64,000 bases of DNA from Candidatus Latescibacterota bacterium (lineage in GTDB: Bacteria; Latescibacterota; UBA2968; GCA-2709665), in contig OZ252100.1 in assembly GCA_965248435.1 (NCBI GenBank), positions 512,001 to 576,000 on the forward strand, read 5' to 3'. The position numbers and the translations under genes were made by a program. Below, in pieces: positions 1-9,862 of the stretch (position 1 is the first letter of the stretch; every line of letters begins with the position of its first letter). The notes below the pieces were generated by a model. That model was not told the DNA's origin and made no database searches. It saw only the letters and a list, made by a program, of their open reading frames with translations.

Positions 1-57
1 TTCCTCTCCTTCTATAACAACTGGCACCTCCTGCTCATCCGTTGAGACGCTCGCCTC

Positions 58-1254
58 TCAATTCACGATCCCGATCAGACATTTCAAGTATTGCCCCTCG
101 GGGAACGAGACTGATACCGGATGGTCGACCGCCTGGAGGTGTGTCTTTACGATTTGAATCTCTCTGCCTTCCGCCGCAGCGGCGTGTTTGACGATTGAGA
201 AAAAGCAGTCATAATCGACCTGCGTCGAGCAGGACGCCGTGATAAGCACGCCGCCTGGTCGAAGTACGCCGATCGCCTTCCGGTTCAGACTGATGTATGC
301 CTGAACCGCTCTTGTGAGTGCCTCGCGAGTCTTCACGAATGCGGGCGGATCCACGATGAGGACGTCGAAGCGTGTGTCCGTCGAATGACACTGCTTGAGA
401 AAATCAAACGTATTGTCAACCACGACCGGATGGTCTTCGCTGCTCAGGCGGTTCAGCTCCAGGTTCTTGACGGCGAGCTCGGCCGCAGGCTCTGAAACGT
501 CTACACTGACCACTCGGGAGGCCTTTGCCAGGGCAGCGTGAACGGTAAACGCCCCGGTATAGCTAAAGCAGTTCAGGACCTCCAGACCCTTCGTGAACGA
601 TCTCGCGGCAAGTCGATTCTCCCGCTGATCCAGAAAAAACCCGGTCTTCTGTCCCCGCCTGACATCCACCCAAAACCGCGCGCGCTCCTCCCGAATCTCG
701 ATCAACTCGGGGGGCTCCTTCCCTGCAAGCAATCCGACTGGACGGGTGGTCAAGCCCTCCGCCCGCCGCGTTCCGACGTCGCTCCGTTCGTATATCCCCG
801 TAGGCCCGACGACCGCCTGGAGCACTTCCACGAGAAGATCTCTGAGCCGATCCATCCCCAGCGTGTGAAACTGAACGACCAGGAAATCAGTATATCGGTC
901 TACGATCAACCCCGGCAGATGATCGCTCTCTCCGTTCACTAATCGGTAGGCGTTCGTTACTTTCCCGTCGATCCATCTACGCCTCAAGTTGCAGGCCTGC
1001 TCCACGCGACGCGTCAACAACCCCTTGTCGATCTTCCTGTGCTGATCTCGAGTCAGCACCCTTACAGGAATCGATGACCTGGGGTTGAAGGTTCCCCTCG
1101 CGACGAATTTCCCTGAGTCGTCGAGCACATCCACGATTCCGCCCGCTTCGGCGGCGCCGGGATGCCGAGCGACGGCGCCACCGAAGATCCAGGGATGCCC
1201 CTCTCTGATCTGGTGCTCCCGTCCCGGCTTGAGAAGCAGTTCGGGGTAGGCCAT
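58..1254 (-). CDS. rlmI: RlmI-family class I SAM-dependent rRNA methyltransferase (PUA + MTase)
   Basis: GHPWIF N-terminus, GESDHLPGLIVDRY, GQKTGFFLDQRENR, LNCFSYTG SAM motif, DPPAF, SCS. Confidence 0.9.
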   Translation of the reverse strand: MAYPELLLKPGREHQIREGHPWIFGGAVARHPGAAEAGGIVDVLDDSGKFVARGTFNPRSSIPVRVLTRDQHRKIDKGLLTRRVEQACNLRRRWIDGKVTNAYRLVNGESDHLPGLIVDRYTDFLVVQFHTLGMDRLRDLLVEVLQAVVGPTGIYERSDVGTRRAEGLTTRPVGLLAGKEPPELIEIREERARFWVDVRRGQKTGFFLDQRENRLAARSFTKGLEVLNCFSYTGAFTVHAALAKASRVVSVDVSEPAAELAVKNLELNRLSSEDHPVVVDNTFDFLKQCHSTDTRFDVLIVDPPAFVKTREALTRAVQAYISLNRKAIGVLRPGGVLITASCSTQVDYDCFFSIVKHAAAAEGREIQIVKTHLQAVDHPVSVSFPEGQYLKCLIGIVN

Positions 1255-1255
1255 C

Positions 1256-2317
1256 TTACGCGTCCAGCGCCGCTGACGCGGACATTCGGTGTTCCAGTGT
1301 GGTGACGGAGATTGCGCTGCCCGTACGTTCGGATTCGTAGGCAGCCAGAATGATCGCGAGGTTGTGAAGCGCGGCCTCCAGCCCTACTTCGGGTTGCCGA
1401 TCCGCCTGAAGGGCGGATGCGAAGCCCAAAAAGCTCCCCGAGTAGGTGAAACGAAAACTTGGTTTCTTATCGGGTTCGAAATAGGTCTCCCACTGCCCGG
1501 TCTGCTTTCGGTAGAGCAGAACAGATCCACCTTCCCCCTGAGTGATCGACCCCTCAGACCCGTGAACCTCTAATATGCCCTGCCCAACTTCAAAGGTCCA
1601 GCCCATCTGAACTGATGAAATCCCTCCCCTTTCGTGTCTCAGCGTGACCAGACTCAGGTCATCCACCTCCCCCTCCTCCTGGGTGACGCAGACGCGGGCA
1701 GCGACATCCGTAACCCGCGTACCCATGAACTGCTCACACATGTAGAGGCTGTGGTAGCCGCTGTCGATCAAGGCCCCCCCGCCCGCCTTCTCGGCACGCG
1801 TGCGCCAATCCGGATCGTACCCGGGGGCACCGGGCCAGTGACCGGCCGCGAACGATTCATCGCGGATAAAGATGGGGCGCCCGATTTCACCCTCTCGAAT
1901 GGCTGTGCAGATGGCAGACAGCTTTGGATTGTGGAGGTAGTTGTGCTGGATGCCGAACTTGATGCCCGCCTTTTTGACGGCCGAGGCGATCGCGGCCGCG
2001 CGCTCCACACTCGTCGTCAGGGGTTTTTCCGTAAGGACGTGACGACCGTGCTCTGCGCACGCAATGATGGCTTCCTCGTGCAGAAAGTGCGGCAAAGCCT
2101 GATCTGCAAAATCGAATTCCACCTCTCCGAGCAGGTCGCCGTAGTCAGCGAATCGGAGATGCTCCGGAATGTCAAGCGCCTCTCCTACGACGTCCCTGTT
2201 TTCCCTGACCGGATCTGCAACCGCGACCGCGCGGATCCTATCCCGGACCTCCTTGAAGCCAAGCAGGTGGCCTACCTGCACGACGCGTCCACAGCCGATA
2301 ATTGCCGCGGTCAGCAC
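1256..2317 (-). CDS. Gfo/Idh/MocA family oxidoreductase
   Basis: IIGCGRV Rossmann motif, HVLTEKP, GGGALIDSGYH. Confidence 0.9.
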   Translation of the reverse strand: MLTAAIIGCGRVVQVGHLLGFKEVRDRIRAVAVADPVRENRDVVGEALDIPEHLRFADYGDLLGEVEFDFADQALPHFLHEEAIIACAEHGRHVLTEKPLTTSVERAAAIASAVKKAGIKFGIQHNYLHNPKLSAICTAIREGEIGRPIFIRDESFAAGHWPGAPGYDPDWRTRAEKAGGGALIDSGYHSLYMCEQFMGTRVTDVAARVCVTQEEGEVDDLSLVTLRHERGGISSVQMGWTFEVGQGILEVHGSEGSITQGEGGSVLLYRKQTGQWETYFEPDKKPSFRFTYSGSFLGFASALQADRQPEVGLEAALHNLAIILAAYESERTGSAISVTTLEHRMSASAALDA

Positions 2318-2369
2318 GGCGCCACCACGCGTGATGAATCGTTCCGTCCCATTTGCGGATCCCCCCGGT

Positions 2370-3188
2370 CTACCAATAGCGTTCTACGTGTACCTGGCCA
2401 GGAACCTTACGGGTATTTTCCCGGAAACCGTCTTTTGCCAACACCTCGAGCATATCTTCACACATGGAAGGGTTGCCGCACAAAAAAATGTGGGTATCGA
2501 TAGAAGAGGGACGGAACCCCCAGGCCTTCTCGAGCTCCCCATTCTTCCACTGATCCTGCACATAGCCCGTCAAGCCGCCCCATGGAACCGCCTCATTCGC
2601 CGGCCTGCTGACGAAGCAGATATAACTGAAGTTGCTGCAAAGCTGCTGCATGGTCGAAAGCTCGGACCGATATCCCAGGTCCCACGAATGCCTAGCCCCG
2701 TGCAACACGGCGAGCCGTCTCTGACCGTCAAGCGGGAGATGGGTCCGCATCATACTGATGTACGGGGCCAGCCCGGTTCCAGTAGCCGCCATCACCACGT
2801 TCATCTTCTCGGGCACGTTGTCCAGCGTGAACATACCGGAGACCTTCTTTCCCAGCCAAACGCGATCCCCCATGTTCAGAGCGAACAGCCTGGTGGTCAG
2901 GGCCCCGTCACGCACCAGGTTGATGTAGAACTCCATATACTCCTTCGCCTTCGATGAAGAGGCGATCGAATAGGCCCTCCGGATGAGCTCGTCCTCCCCA
3001 GGCGGGTCTTCCTCCGGGTCGGCCCACTGCGTGCGAGGTGACGCGCCCAACAATCCAAGAACGGCGAATTGGCCCGGTTCGAAATCGGACATCTCCCATC
3101 CATCCGACGCCACCTGAAGAATCATCAACTCCGGGCTCACATCGATCTTTTTCGTGATCACCGCGTTCATCTCTTGCTTCTTCGCCAT
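2370..3188 (-). CDS. fpr: Ferredoxin/flavodoxin-NADP+ reductase
   Basis: FEPGQF, RRAYSIAS FAD motif, ATGTGLAPY, FLCGNPSM, C-terminal ERYW. Confidence 0.92.
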   Translation of the reverse strand: MAKKQEMNAVITKKIDVSPELMILQVASDGWEMSDFEPGQFAVLGLLGASPRTQWADPEEDPPGEDELIRRAYSIASSSKAKEYMEFYINLVRDGALTTRLFALNMGDRVWLGKKVSGMFTLDNVPEKMNVVMAATGTGLAPYISMMRTHLPLDGQRRLAVLHGARHSWDLGYRSELSTMQQLCSNFSYICFVSRPANEAVPWGGLTGYVQDQWKNGELEKAWGFRPSSIDTHIFLCGNPSMCEDMLEVLAKDGFRENTRKVPGQVHVERYW

Positions 3189-3214
3189 TCAAATCCCCGC
3201 TTCGCGACTACGCC

Positions 3215-3988
3215 TCACCGCCCGATCTCAAACGTGCTCGAGTGATAGGTTACAGATTGCCCCGGATCGATCCTGGCCACGCGGGTGTTCGGCGACAAAA
3301 ACGAAACCGCCTCAGTGAGGGCGTTGATGTCCGCGGGTTGACCGAGGGCGTCCCCGTAGTGACAGGGGATCAGGACATCGGGGCGAATCAGACTCGCGGC
3401 CCGGGCCGCCTCGCGAATGCCCATCGTGTACTTGCCGCCCACGGGTAGAATAGCCACCTGTGGGCCGTACATCTGCGAGATGAGCTGCATGTCGCTGAAC
3501 ACGGTCGTATCGGCAGAATCGTAAACCGTAATGCCGTTCGAAAAGGCCATCACCATCCCGCACACCGCCCCGTCGGGCCTGAAGTAGGCATCGTCCGGTG
3601 CATCTCCGAGGGATTGGTTGGGTGACATCGAGAGCGAATGAATCGCCTGTGTCGCCGTCACGCGCACACCCTTCACATCGACGGTTCCCCCCGGGTTAAA
3701 GGGAAGGGCCTGTGACTCCATCTCCAGGCCATTCTTTACAGCGGTCATACAGAGCTCGACGTGCCCAACAAACTTGGCGCCTGTCTTCTTGCAGATGGCG
3801 AACGAATCACCCACGTGGTCATTGTGACCGTGCGTCGCAATCACGACATCCGCCCGGTCTACGTCCTGCACCTTCAATCCGCAGGTCGGGTTCTCATCCA
3901 GCCACGGATCGAAATAAATCACTTCACCGGTATCGGGCTCCAGGCGGAAAGAGGCGTGTCCGAGCAGCGTGATCTTTATCGAAGCCAT
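3215..3988 (-). CDS. Metallo-beta-lactamase-fold metal-dependent hydrolase (UPF0173-like)
   Basis: LGHASF, DPWL, THGHNDHVGD, LPVGGKYTM, IPCHY. Confidence 0.88.
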   Translation of the reverse strand: MASIKITLLGHASFRLEPDTGEVIYFDPWLDENPTCGLKVQDVDRADVVIATHGHNDHVGDSFAICKKTGAKFVGHVELCMTAVKNGLEMESQALPFNPGGTVDVKGVRVTATQAIHSLSMSPNQSLGDAPDDAYFRPDGAVCGMVMAFSNGITVYDSADTTVFSDMQLISQMYGPQVAILPVGGKYTMGIREAARAASLIRPDVLIPCHYGDALGQPADINALTEAVSFLSPNTRVARIDPGQSVTYHSSTFEIGR

Positions 3989-4011
3989 TGTTTATCCTCT
4001 TGTGAATTAAG

Positions 4012-5070
4012 TCAGCTTGCCACCAGGCCCAAGGGCACATTCAGCCCCTGCGCAACTTCCTGAATCTGCCGCCACGTCTCTTCGTCCACGACCACCCCTT
4101 CCTCTTCTCGCTTCTTGCGGAGTCGACCTTCAATTTCACCGGGCAGGAAGATCTCCTCAACCCCGGGCGCGAGCCTCGACCGCTTCAGATGTTGAGTGAA
4201 CTCCCCTACCTCATCATAGTAACGCTCCATATCGGTGAACGCCCTGATGTCTAGCACCATCAGGAACACCCCGTTTCCACCCGAGGTAACGCCATCTCTG
4301 CTGCACCCTCCTCCTCCCAGGACGCCCGAGAGGAGGTCCACCATAATGGCCAGCGCAAACCCCTTGTGTGCGACGATCCCACCCATCGGGAGAATTGCGC
4401 CCCGGGGCGGTCCATAGAAAACATCGGGATCGTTCACCGGGTTTCCATCCGTATCCAGAGCCCACCCATCTGGAATCGCTTCGCCCAGATTTCGCTTGAG
4501 ACGAATCTTTCCTTCCGCGACAACGCTCGAGGTCATGTCGACGATGATTGGAAACTCCTGGCCGGTCGGAAAGCCGATCGACAACGGGTTGGGAGACATC
4601 TTTGGATCGATCCCTCCGAACGGGGCCTGCAGGAGGCCCCCGCCGTGATTGTTGCACATGACCATCCCGATCATCTCCGACTCGGCCGCCATCTCGACAT
4701 ACTCCCCGAGTCGGCCGATATGGCAGCTTTGGAAGAGTTCCACCACTGCAACAGACCTGGCACTGGCTTTTTCCATAGCGATCTTCATCGCCTGCCTGCA
4801 CGCGATCTGCCCGAAACCCCACCCGCCGTCCAACACAGCCGATGCATCCGCCTCCCGCACGACGCGGACTTCCTGCCCAGACTTCATTTTCCCTTCCTGG
4901 AGCAGTTGCAGGTACTGCGTGACCCTGATTACGCCGTGCGAATCGTGACCCATCAGGTTCGACAGGACGAGCGAATGCGCCACCTGTTTTGACTCGGCTT
5001 CGGTCAGTCCCGCCGCCCTGAAAATCCTTGCACAGCACTCCTCGAGCGGCTTCGCGGAAAATACCGGCAT
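4012..5070 (-). CDS. Ldh_2 (type 2 malate/L-lactate dehydrogenase) family oxidoreductase
   Basis: GHDSHG, HIGRLGEY, NPLSIGFP, DMTSSVVAEGK, HKGFALA, LPGE. Confidence 0.9.
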   Translation of the reverse strand: MPVFSAKPLEECCARIFRAAGLTEAESKQVAHSLVLSNLMGHDSHGVIRVTQYLQLLQEGKMKSGQEVRVVREADASAVLDGGWGFGQIACRQAMKIAMEKASARSVAVVELFQSCHIGRLGEYVEMAAESEMIGMVMCNNHGGGLLQAPFGGIDPKMSPNPLSIGFPTGQEFPIIVDMTSSVVAEGKIRLKRNLGEAIPDGWALDTDGNPVNDPDVFYGPPRGAILPMGGIVAHKGFALAIMVDLLSGVLGGGGCSRDGVTSGGNGVFLMVLDIRAFTDMERYYDEVGEFTQHLKRSRLAPGVEEIFLPGEIEGRLRKKREEEGVVVDEETWRQIQEVAQGLNVPLGLVAS

Positions 5071-5125
5071 TGTCCCTCCAGATAAGGTTCTCTATTTACC
5101 GAACGCCTCGGTCTCGACCCTTGCA

Positions 5126-5872
5126 TCAATTCGTGCCTGCATACTTACCGTCCAGGAATCGACTCGATTCTTCGATGCTCGTCTCCACAGCCCGTTGAAC
5201 GAACTGCTCACGTCGCGAATTGTCAAGGTAATCCGACGCGCGTTTCCGATTCGACTCCCATTCTCGGCGGGCCTCATCCAGTGGGAGTTTGCTCCCGATC
5301 AGGTCCAGAAAGATACGCTCTGTTCCCCAGGGATCATTTTCGTCCGCCCACCTGTGGATCAGGGACAGAAACTGCCCGATCATGCCGCAGTCGATAAAGC
5401 CGACGCGACCCTTCCGATTGAATCGGCGGATCTCTTCGGACAGATTCCGATAGCCGATCGGCAGTTCATCCACGATGGACCAGAGCCCCTGTATGACCGG
5501 GCGCCAGTCATCCATTCCGTGAACCTGGGAGGTGGCGACGTCGCGGAACGTCTCGTCAGCGGTCAAGTGGGAGATATACCCCAAAACGAGCGCTTGATCA
5601 CGCTCATCCAGAAGATCCGGGTTTGAAATCTCGAGATGGGCTTTGAACATTTCAGCCACGGCCTTCCCCCAGATCTCAGGACGATCTTCGGTATAGAAGT
5701 GCGTTGCCAGCTTACCCATCCGTCCGATGTAACGGAGGCCATCAGGCGCCACGGAGCCGGCGAGGAAGTCTGGCAGACACCGGTCGGCGATCAGCGCCGC
5801 TTCCGGCCGCTCGTGACGAAGCCGCTCGTGGAACGTGTACAAGATGGAGAAGTGGCAGCGACCTCTAGGCAC
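5126..5872 (-). CDS. Zinc-dependent phospholipase C/P1-nuclease-fold protein
   Basis: N-terminal His, GSVAPD, THF, GYISHLTAD metal-ligand pattern. Confidence 0.65.
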   Translation of the reverse strand: MPRGRCHFSILYTFHERLRHERPEAALIADRCLPDFLAGSVAPDGLRYIGRMGKLATHFYTEDRPEIWGKAVAEMFKAHLEISNPDLLDERDQALVLGYISHLTADETFRDVATSQVHGMDDWRPVIQGLWSIVDELPIGYRNLSEEIRRFNRKGRVGFIDCGMIGQFLSLIHRWADENDPWGTERIFLDLIGSKLPLDEARREWESNRKRASDYLDNSRREQFVQRAVETSIEESSRFLDGKYAGTN

Positions 5873-6066
5873 CCTGCCTCCGCATGGTTGTTTCTAATGA
5901 AAGGACCTCCCCTCCCGAATGCGGCGCATCAATCTAAACGAATCTCGGACCACCGTCAATCCGAAAACCGGGACCAGACAGGTTTCTGCCGGTCTTGACC
6001 CCCAGTTGAGAGGTCCTTAACTTGCCAAGACGTGGAACACGCATCAGCCGACATCGAGATTGAAAG

Positions 6067-7197
6067 ATGACGATAAACCATCCGTTCGCGCGTGTAAGTA
6101 TCTGCTTGGTCACAGCCCTTCTCGTGGGATCCTGCCGGTCCAGAGCCGAGGGGTTGGCCCTGGACAAAATCCGAATGCCGCCGGGGTTCGAAATCGAGAT
6201 CTATGCGGAGGGTGTTCAGAATGCACGGTCCATGACCCTGAGTCCCGGCGGAACGCTCTTCGTTGCCACGAGAAGTGCGGGAAAGGTCTACGCGATTCGT
6301 GACGATGATGCGAATCACAGGGCGGACCGCGTCATCACCATCGCCGAAGGCCTCAGAATGCCCAACGGCGTCGCGTTTCGCGACGGGGCCCTCTACGTTG
6401 CTGAAGTGAGCCGCGTCCTTCGCTACGATGGGATCGAGTCGCGTCTGAACGATCCACCCGAACCCCTCGTTCTCTACGACAAGTATCCCAGCGACCGCTC
6501 GCACGGGTGGAAATTCATTCGCTTCGGTCCGGACGGCAAACTCTACATTCCCGTCGGCGCACCTTGTAACATCTGTGACCGGAGCCAGGATGATGATCGC
6601 TATGCCTCGATCACCAGAATGAATCCGGACGGTTCCGGACTCGAGGTTTTCGCCCGAGGAGTACGAAACACGGTCGGGTTCGATTGGCATCCCAAGACTA
6701 GGGAGCTCTGGTTCACGGACAACGGTCGAGACTGGCTTGGGGATGACATTCCGCCAGACGAGTTGAACCGGGCGCCCGACAAAGACCTGCACTTCGGATA
6801 TCCATACCGGCACGGCAGCAACATCCCTGATCCCGAGTTTGGGAAGAAAGGGAGAGACGGAAAATTTGTGCCTCCGGCTGTGGAGCTGGGTCCACACGTT
6901 GCGGCACTGGGGATGCGTTTCTACACGGGCGGGATGTTTCCCCAACCCTATCACAACCAGATCTTCATCGCAGAGCACGGCTCGTGGAACCGGGCACGAA
7001 AGATCGGTTACCGATTGACACTCGTACGCGTTGAGGGGACTGAGGCAGGTTCTTATGAAACCTTTGCAGAAGGATGGAAGCAGGGAGAGGAGGTGTGGGG
7101 ACGGCCTGTCGACGTACTCGTGATGCCCGACGGGGCCTTGCTCGTTTCCGACGATTACGCGGGGGTGATCTACCGAATCAGTTACCGAATGCCGTAA
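6067..7197 (+). CDS. PQQ-dependent sugar/sorbosone dehydrogenase family beta-propeller, probable lipoprotein
   Basis: LLVGSC lipobox, GPDGKLYIPVGAPCNIC, GVRNTVGFDW, TDNGRD, AEHGSWNR, GRPVDV. Confidence 0.9.
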   Translation: MTINHPFARVSICLVTALLVGSCRSRAEGLALDKIRMPPGFEIEIYAEGVQNARSMTLSPGGTLFVATRSAGKVYAIRDDDANHRADRVITIAEGLRMPNGVAFRDGALYVAEVSRVLRYDGIESRLNDPPEPLVLYDKYPSDRSHGWKFIRFGPDGKLYIPVGAPCNICDRSQDDDRYASITRMNPDGSGLEVFARGVRNTVGFDWHPKTRELWFTDNGRDWLGDDIPPDELNRAPDKDLHFGYPYRHGSNIPDPEFGKKGRDGKFVPPAVELGPHVAALGMRFYTGGMFPQPYHNQIFIAEHGSWNRARKIGYRLTLVRVEGTEAGSYETFAEGWKQGEEVWGRPVDVLVMPDGALLVSDDYAGVIYRISYRMP

Positions 7198-7230
7198 CAA
7201 GCAAACGGTGAACCTGCCTAAAAACAGTTC

Positions 7231-7257
7231 GGCCCGCACACTCGAAGCGTGCGGGCC
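7231..7257. terminator. GC hairpin between convergent genes
   Basis: ggcccgcac...gtgcgggcc 9-bp inverted repeat. Confidence 0.55.
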
Positions 7258-7284
7258 TGGCTAGAATCGGGTCTGAATCTTTCG

Positions 7285-7827
7285 TTATGGGCTTACGCCT
7301 TCCTGCTGTTCCACTGCACCCGATTGTCTGGACTGACGCTCGTATGTATTTCTCAAAACATCGATTACCTGTACACGAACTCGAACGCTTTTGTCTTTCA
7401 GTGCTTTTCTCAAATAAGGTACACTGATGTCGGGTGTCATCTTTCCAAAGGCCCTTACGGCCTCGACACGGATATGCTCTTCTTTGTCTTCCAGGGCCTT
7501 CCCCAGGGCCTCTGCGGTCCTGCGCTGTTCGGCCGGTGATGCCATCATCTCCCCCAGCAACCTGACAGCGTCTCGCCTGACCAAAGGGTTCTTGTCTCCC
7601 AGAGCCTCCCGCAAGATGCCCTCCATCGACGCATCCGATTTTGCGCCAAGCAGGGGAATGTATCTAACGGGAGCAACCCGCCTGACGGCACATCCGGTCC
7701 CACCCAGCATCAACAAGACCAAAATCAAAAAAACCTTTGCACACTGGGACCCGTTCGCCGAGGCCGTGATCGTCCCGAGCCTGTGTCCAGGCTTCTTATT
7801 CGGTTTGCGGGCAACGCCTTCGAACAC
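7285..7827 (-). CDS. HEAT-repeat lipoprotein
   Basis: Hydrophobic stretch ending GTGC; three ALxDKxxxVRxxA HEAT units; aaagga RBS before GTG. Confidence 0.75.
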   Translation of the reverse strand: MFEGVARKPNKKPGHRLGTITASANGSQCAKVFLILVLLMLGGTGCAVRRVAPVRYIPLLGAKSDASMEGILREALGDKNPLVRRDAVRLLGEMMASPAEQRRTAEALGKALEDKEEHIRVEAVRAFGKMTPDISVPYLRKALKDKSVRVRVQVIDVLRNTYERQSRQSGAVEQQEGVSP

Positions 7828-8078
7828 CTGTAGATCCTTTAAGTTACAAAAACATAAGTGCTTACGCTAAACTGGAGCGCGGAAACAGTACGCCCTCAGG
7901 GTGACGGATCAGGCAGCTTTTCTCTATCTAATTCGGCAGGATCGGTAATTACTTAAGCGCCGTCTTGGATGCCCCCTGAACATATATACAGTATTCTTGG
8001 CCAAACACAAACATCCCGGCGATCGGTTTCCTCGAATCGACGCCACGTCGATCAGAATTCAAAACCCAGGAGTAAACT

Positions 8079-8849
8079 ATGCCTCCCGTCGCACTGGTGA
8101 CTGGCTCCAGTCGAGGTATCGGGCGCGGTATCGCGGCCAGCCTTGCTGAGGCCGGACACGACGTCATGATCAACTACGTCAAGAATCTGGAAGCAGCGGA
8201 AGAATCAGCTCAAATCGTCCAGCGCAATGGCCAGCGGGCGGAGACCCACAAGGCCGACGTTGCGTCACGCGAAGAAGGCAGAGGTCTCGTCGACGCGACA
8301 CTGGAGGCCTTTGGCCGTCTGGACCTTCTGGTGAACAACGCGGGTATCGCGCCGCGCGTGCGCGCCGACATTCTTGAGGCCGCTCCGGAGAGCTACGATG
8401 AGGTCATGGCCGCAAACTTGAAAGGGCCCTATTTCCTCACGCAGTATGCGGCGAATCGAATGATCACACTGCTGGAAGAAGGGATCGTAGAGAAACCAAG
8501 GATCGTGAACATCTCATCCATCTCTGCGTATACCTCATCCACCAATCGAGGGGAATACTGTGTATCCAAGACAGGACTCAGTATGATGACAAGGCTCTTC
8601 GCGGATCGACTCGGTCCCTGCGGCATCACCGTAAATGAAATCCAACCTGGCATTATTTTCACAGACATGACCGAGCCCGTGCGGGAAATTTATGATAAGA
8701 AGATTGCCGAGGGCATCACTCCGATCCAGAGGTGGGGGCAGCCCGAAGATATCGGGAAGGTGGTGGCGGCCATCGCCCTGGGCTACCTGGATTTCACGAC
8801 CGGGGCTGCGATCCCCGTTGACGGGGGATTTCACCTGCAAAGGCTGTAG
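8079..8849 (+). CDS. Short-chain dehydrogenase (3-ketoacyl-ACP reductase-like)
   Basis: TGSSRGIG, LVNNAG, YCVSK, VDGG. Confidence 0.9.
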   Translation: MPPVALVTGSSRGIGRGIAASLAEAGHDVMINYVKNLEAAEESAQIVQRNGQRAETHKADVASREEGRGLVDATLEAFGRLDLLVNNAGIAPRVRADILEAAPESYDEVMAANLKGPYFLTQYAANRMITLLEEGIVEKPRIVNISSISAYTSSTNRGEYCVSKTGLSMMTRLFADRLGPCGITVNEIQPGIIFTDMTEPVREIYDKKIAEGITPIQRWGQPEDIGKVVAAIALGYLDFTTGAAIPVDGGFHLQRL

Positions 8850-8908
8850 TCATCATCGCTCCGACAGGACTAAGCCCCGGGTCTCTTCTCTGGAATGTAC
8901 CCGAAGTA

Positions 8909-8937
8909 TTGACGTATGTCCATAAAATGCGTATATT
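8909..8937 (+). promoter_or_regulatory. sigma70-type promoter
   Basis: TTGACG-17 nt-TATATT upstream of the ORF at 9057. Confidence 0.65.
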
Positions 8938-9056
8938 TATCAATGTTGTTGCCCGCTTCAAGCTTCTTGAATCGACCGGGCCGGAAGGATAAACTTTTGT
9001 AAAACTTAGACCTTGAACCTCTCTGGTCACTGGGCTCGTGAGGAGGTTTCTGCAGC

Positions 9057-9839
9057 ATGCTCAAAGAGTTGTTCAAACGGAACGGTGACGAACACGCTGC
9101 GTCGGCCAGCCGCGAAAAGCACGTCGTCATAGAGGGCCAGGAGGAAGAAGCGGAGGAGGCGATGTCCGTCATCGCGAGAGAGGGCCAGGACAGCCTCGAC
9201 CAGACGATGGAGGAGATCAACGAGTCCGTTCAGGAGGCAGCGAAGGCCTCACTCCGTGACATCCGCATGATGGAGGAGGGCCGCTGCCCGAGTTGTGGTC
9301 ACAAGACCCAACAGTTTCTGTTCACGAGCGTCTGCGCACACTGCGGATGGTTTTCTTTCATCTCCCCGGAAGAGGGGAAATCGATCATCCACCTCAAGAA
9401 CAACGGGAAAGTCGAATGCGGCACAACCTTCGATACCAAAGGCGGCTACATCCTGGGGATCACGGATGGTGTCGTTCGTGCCAAGGTCTCGAAGGAAAAC
9501 GTGGACTACATCGAGTTCGCGTGGACAGATGAGGAGATTACGAAAAAGCGGGAGGTCCGCTTGAAGGAAGAGGCCGGGGTCTGCAGCTGGTGCGAGAACT
9601 CGCTCACCGACTCAGACTCGGAAGAGGATCCTGTCATCGTCTACGCCGCGTTCGGGAATCACCAAGACCGCTACACTTTCTGCTCGGAACGCTGCAATCG
9701 TGCCTTTCAAAGACAATACCCCGTTCGGGTACACAAGAACTGTTACAACCGCTCCTGTATCGACTGTGACCTCTGCATCAAGAAGTATTCCGGCGAGGAT
9801 GAAACCTACCTCAAACGCCTCGAAGAGGCGACGGTCTGA
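9057..9839 (+). CDS. Hypothetical multi-Cys-cluster (zinc ribbon / TRASH-like) protein
   Basis: gaggagg RBS; CPSC..CAHC, CSWC..FCSERC, CYNRSCIDCDLC. Confidence 0.8.
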   Translation: MLKELFKRNGDEHAASASREKHVVIEGQEEEAEEAMSVIAREGQDSLDQTMEEINESVQEAAKASLRDIRMMEEGRCPSCGHKTQQFLFTSVCAHCGWFSFISPEEGKSIIHLKNNGKVECGTTFDTKGGYILGITDGVVRAKVSKENVDYIEFAWTDEEITKKREVRLKEEAGVCSWCENSLTDSDSEEDPVIVYAAFGNHQDRYTFCSERCNRAFQRQYPVRVHKNCYNRSCIDCDLCIKKYSGEDETYLKRLEEATV

Positions 9840-9862
9840 CTCAGACCTCCTCCAGAAATCCG

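Noticed and set aside
5956-7239. 427-aa antisense ORF and many similar shadow ORFs
   Set aside because: They mirror well-supported genes, as expected in GC-rich DNA, and show no motifs
8975-8997. ccggaagga resembling the SRP RNA tetraloop
   Set aside because: Lacks the conserved CAGG/AGCA internal loop
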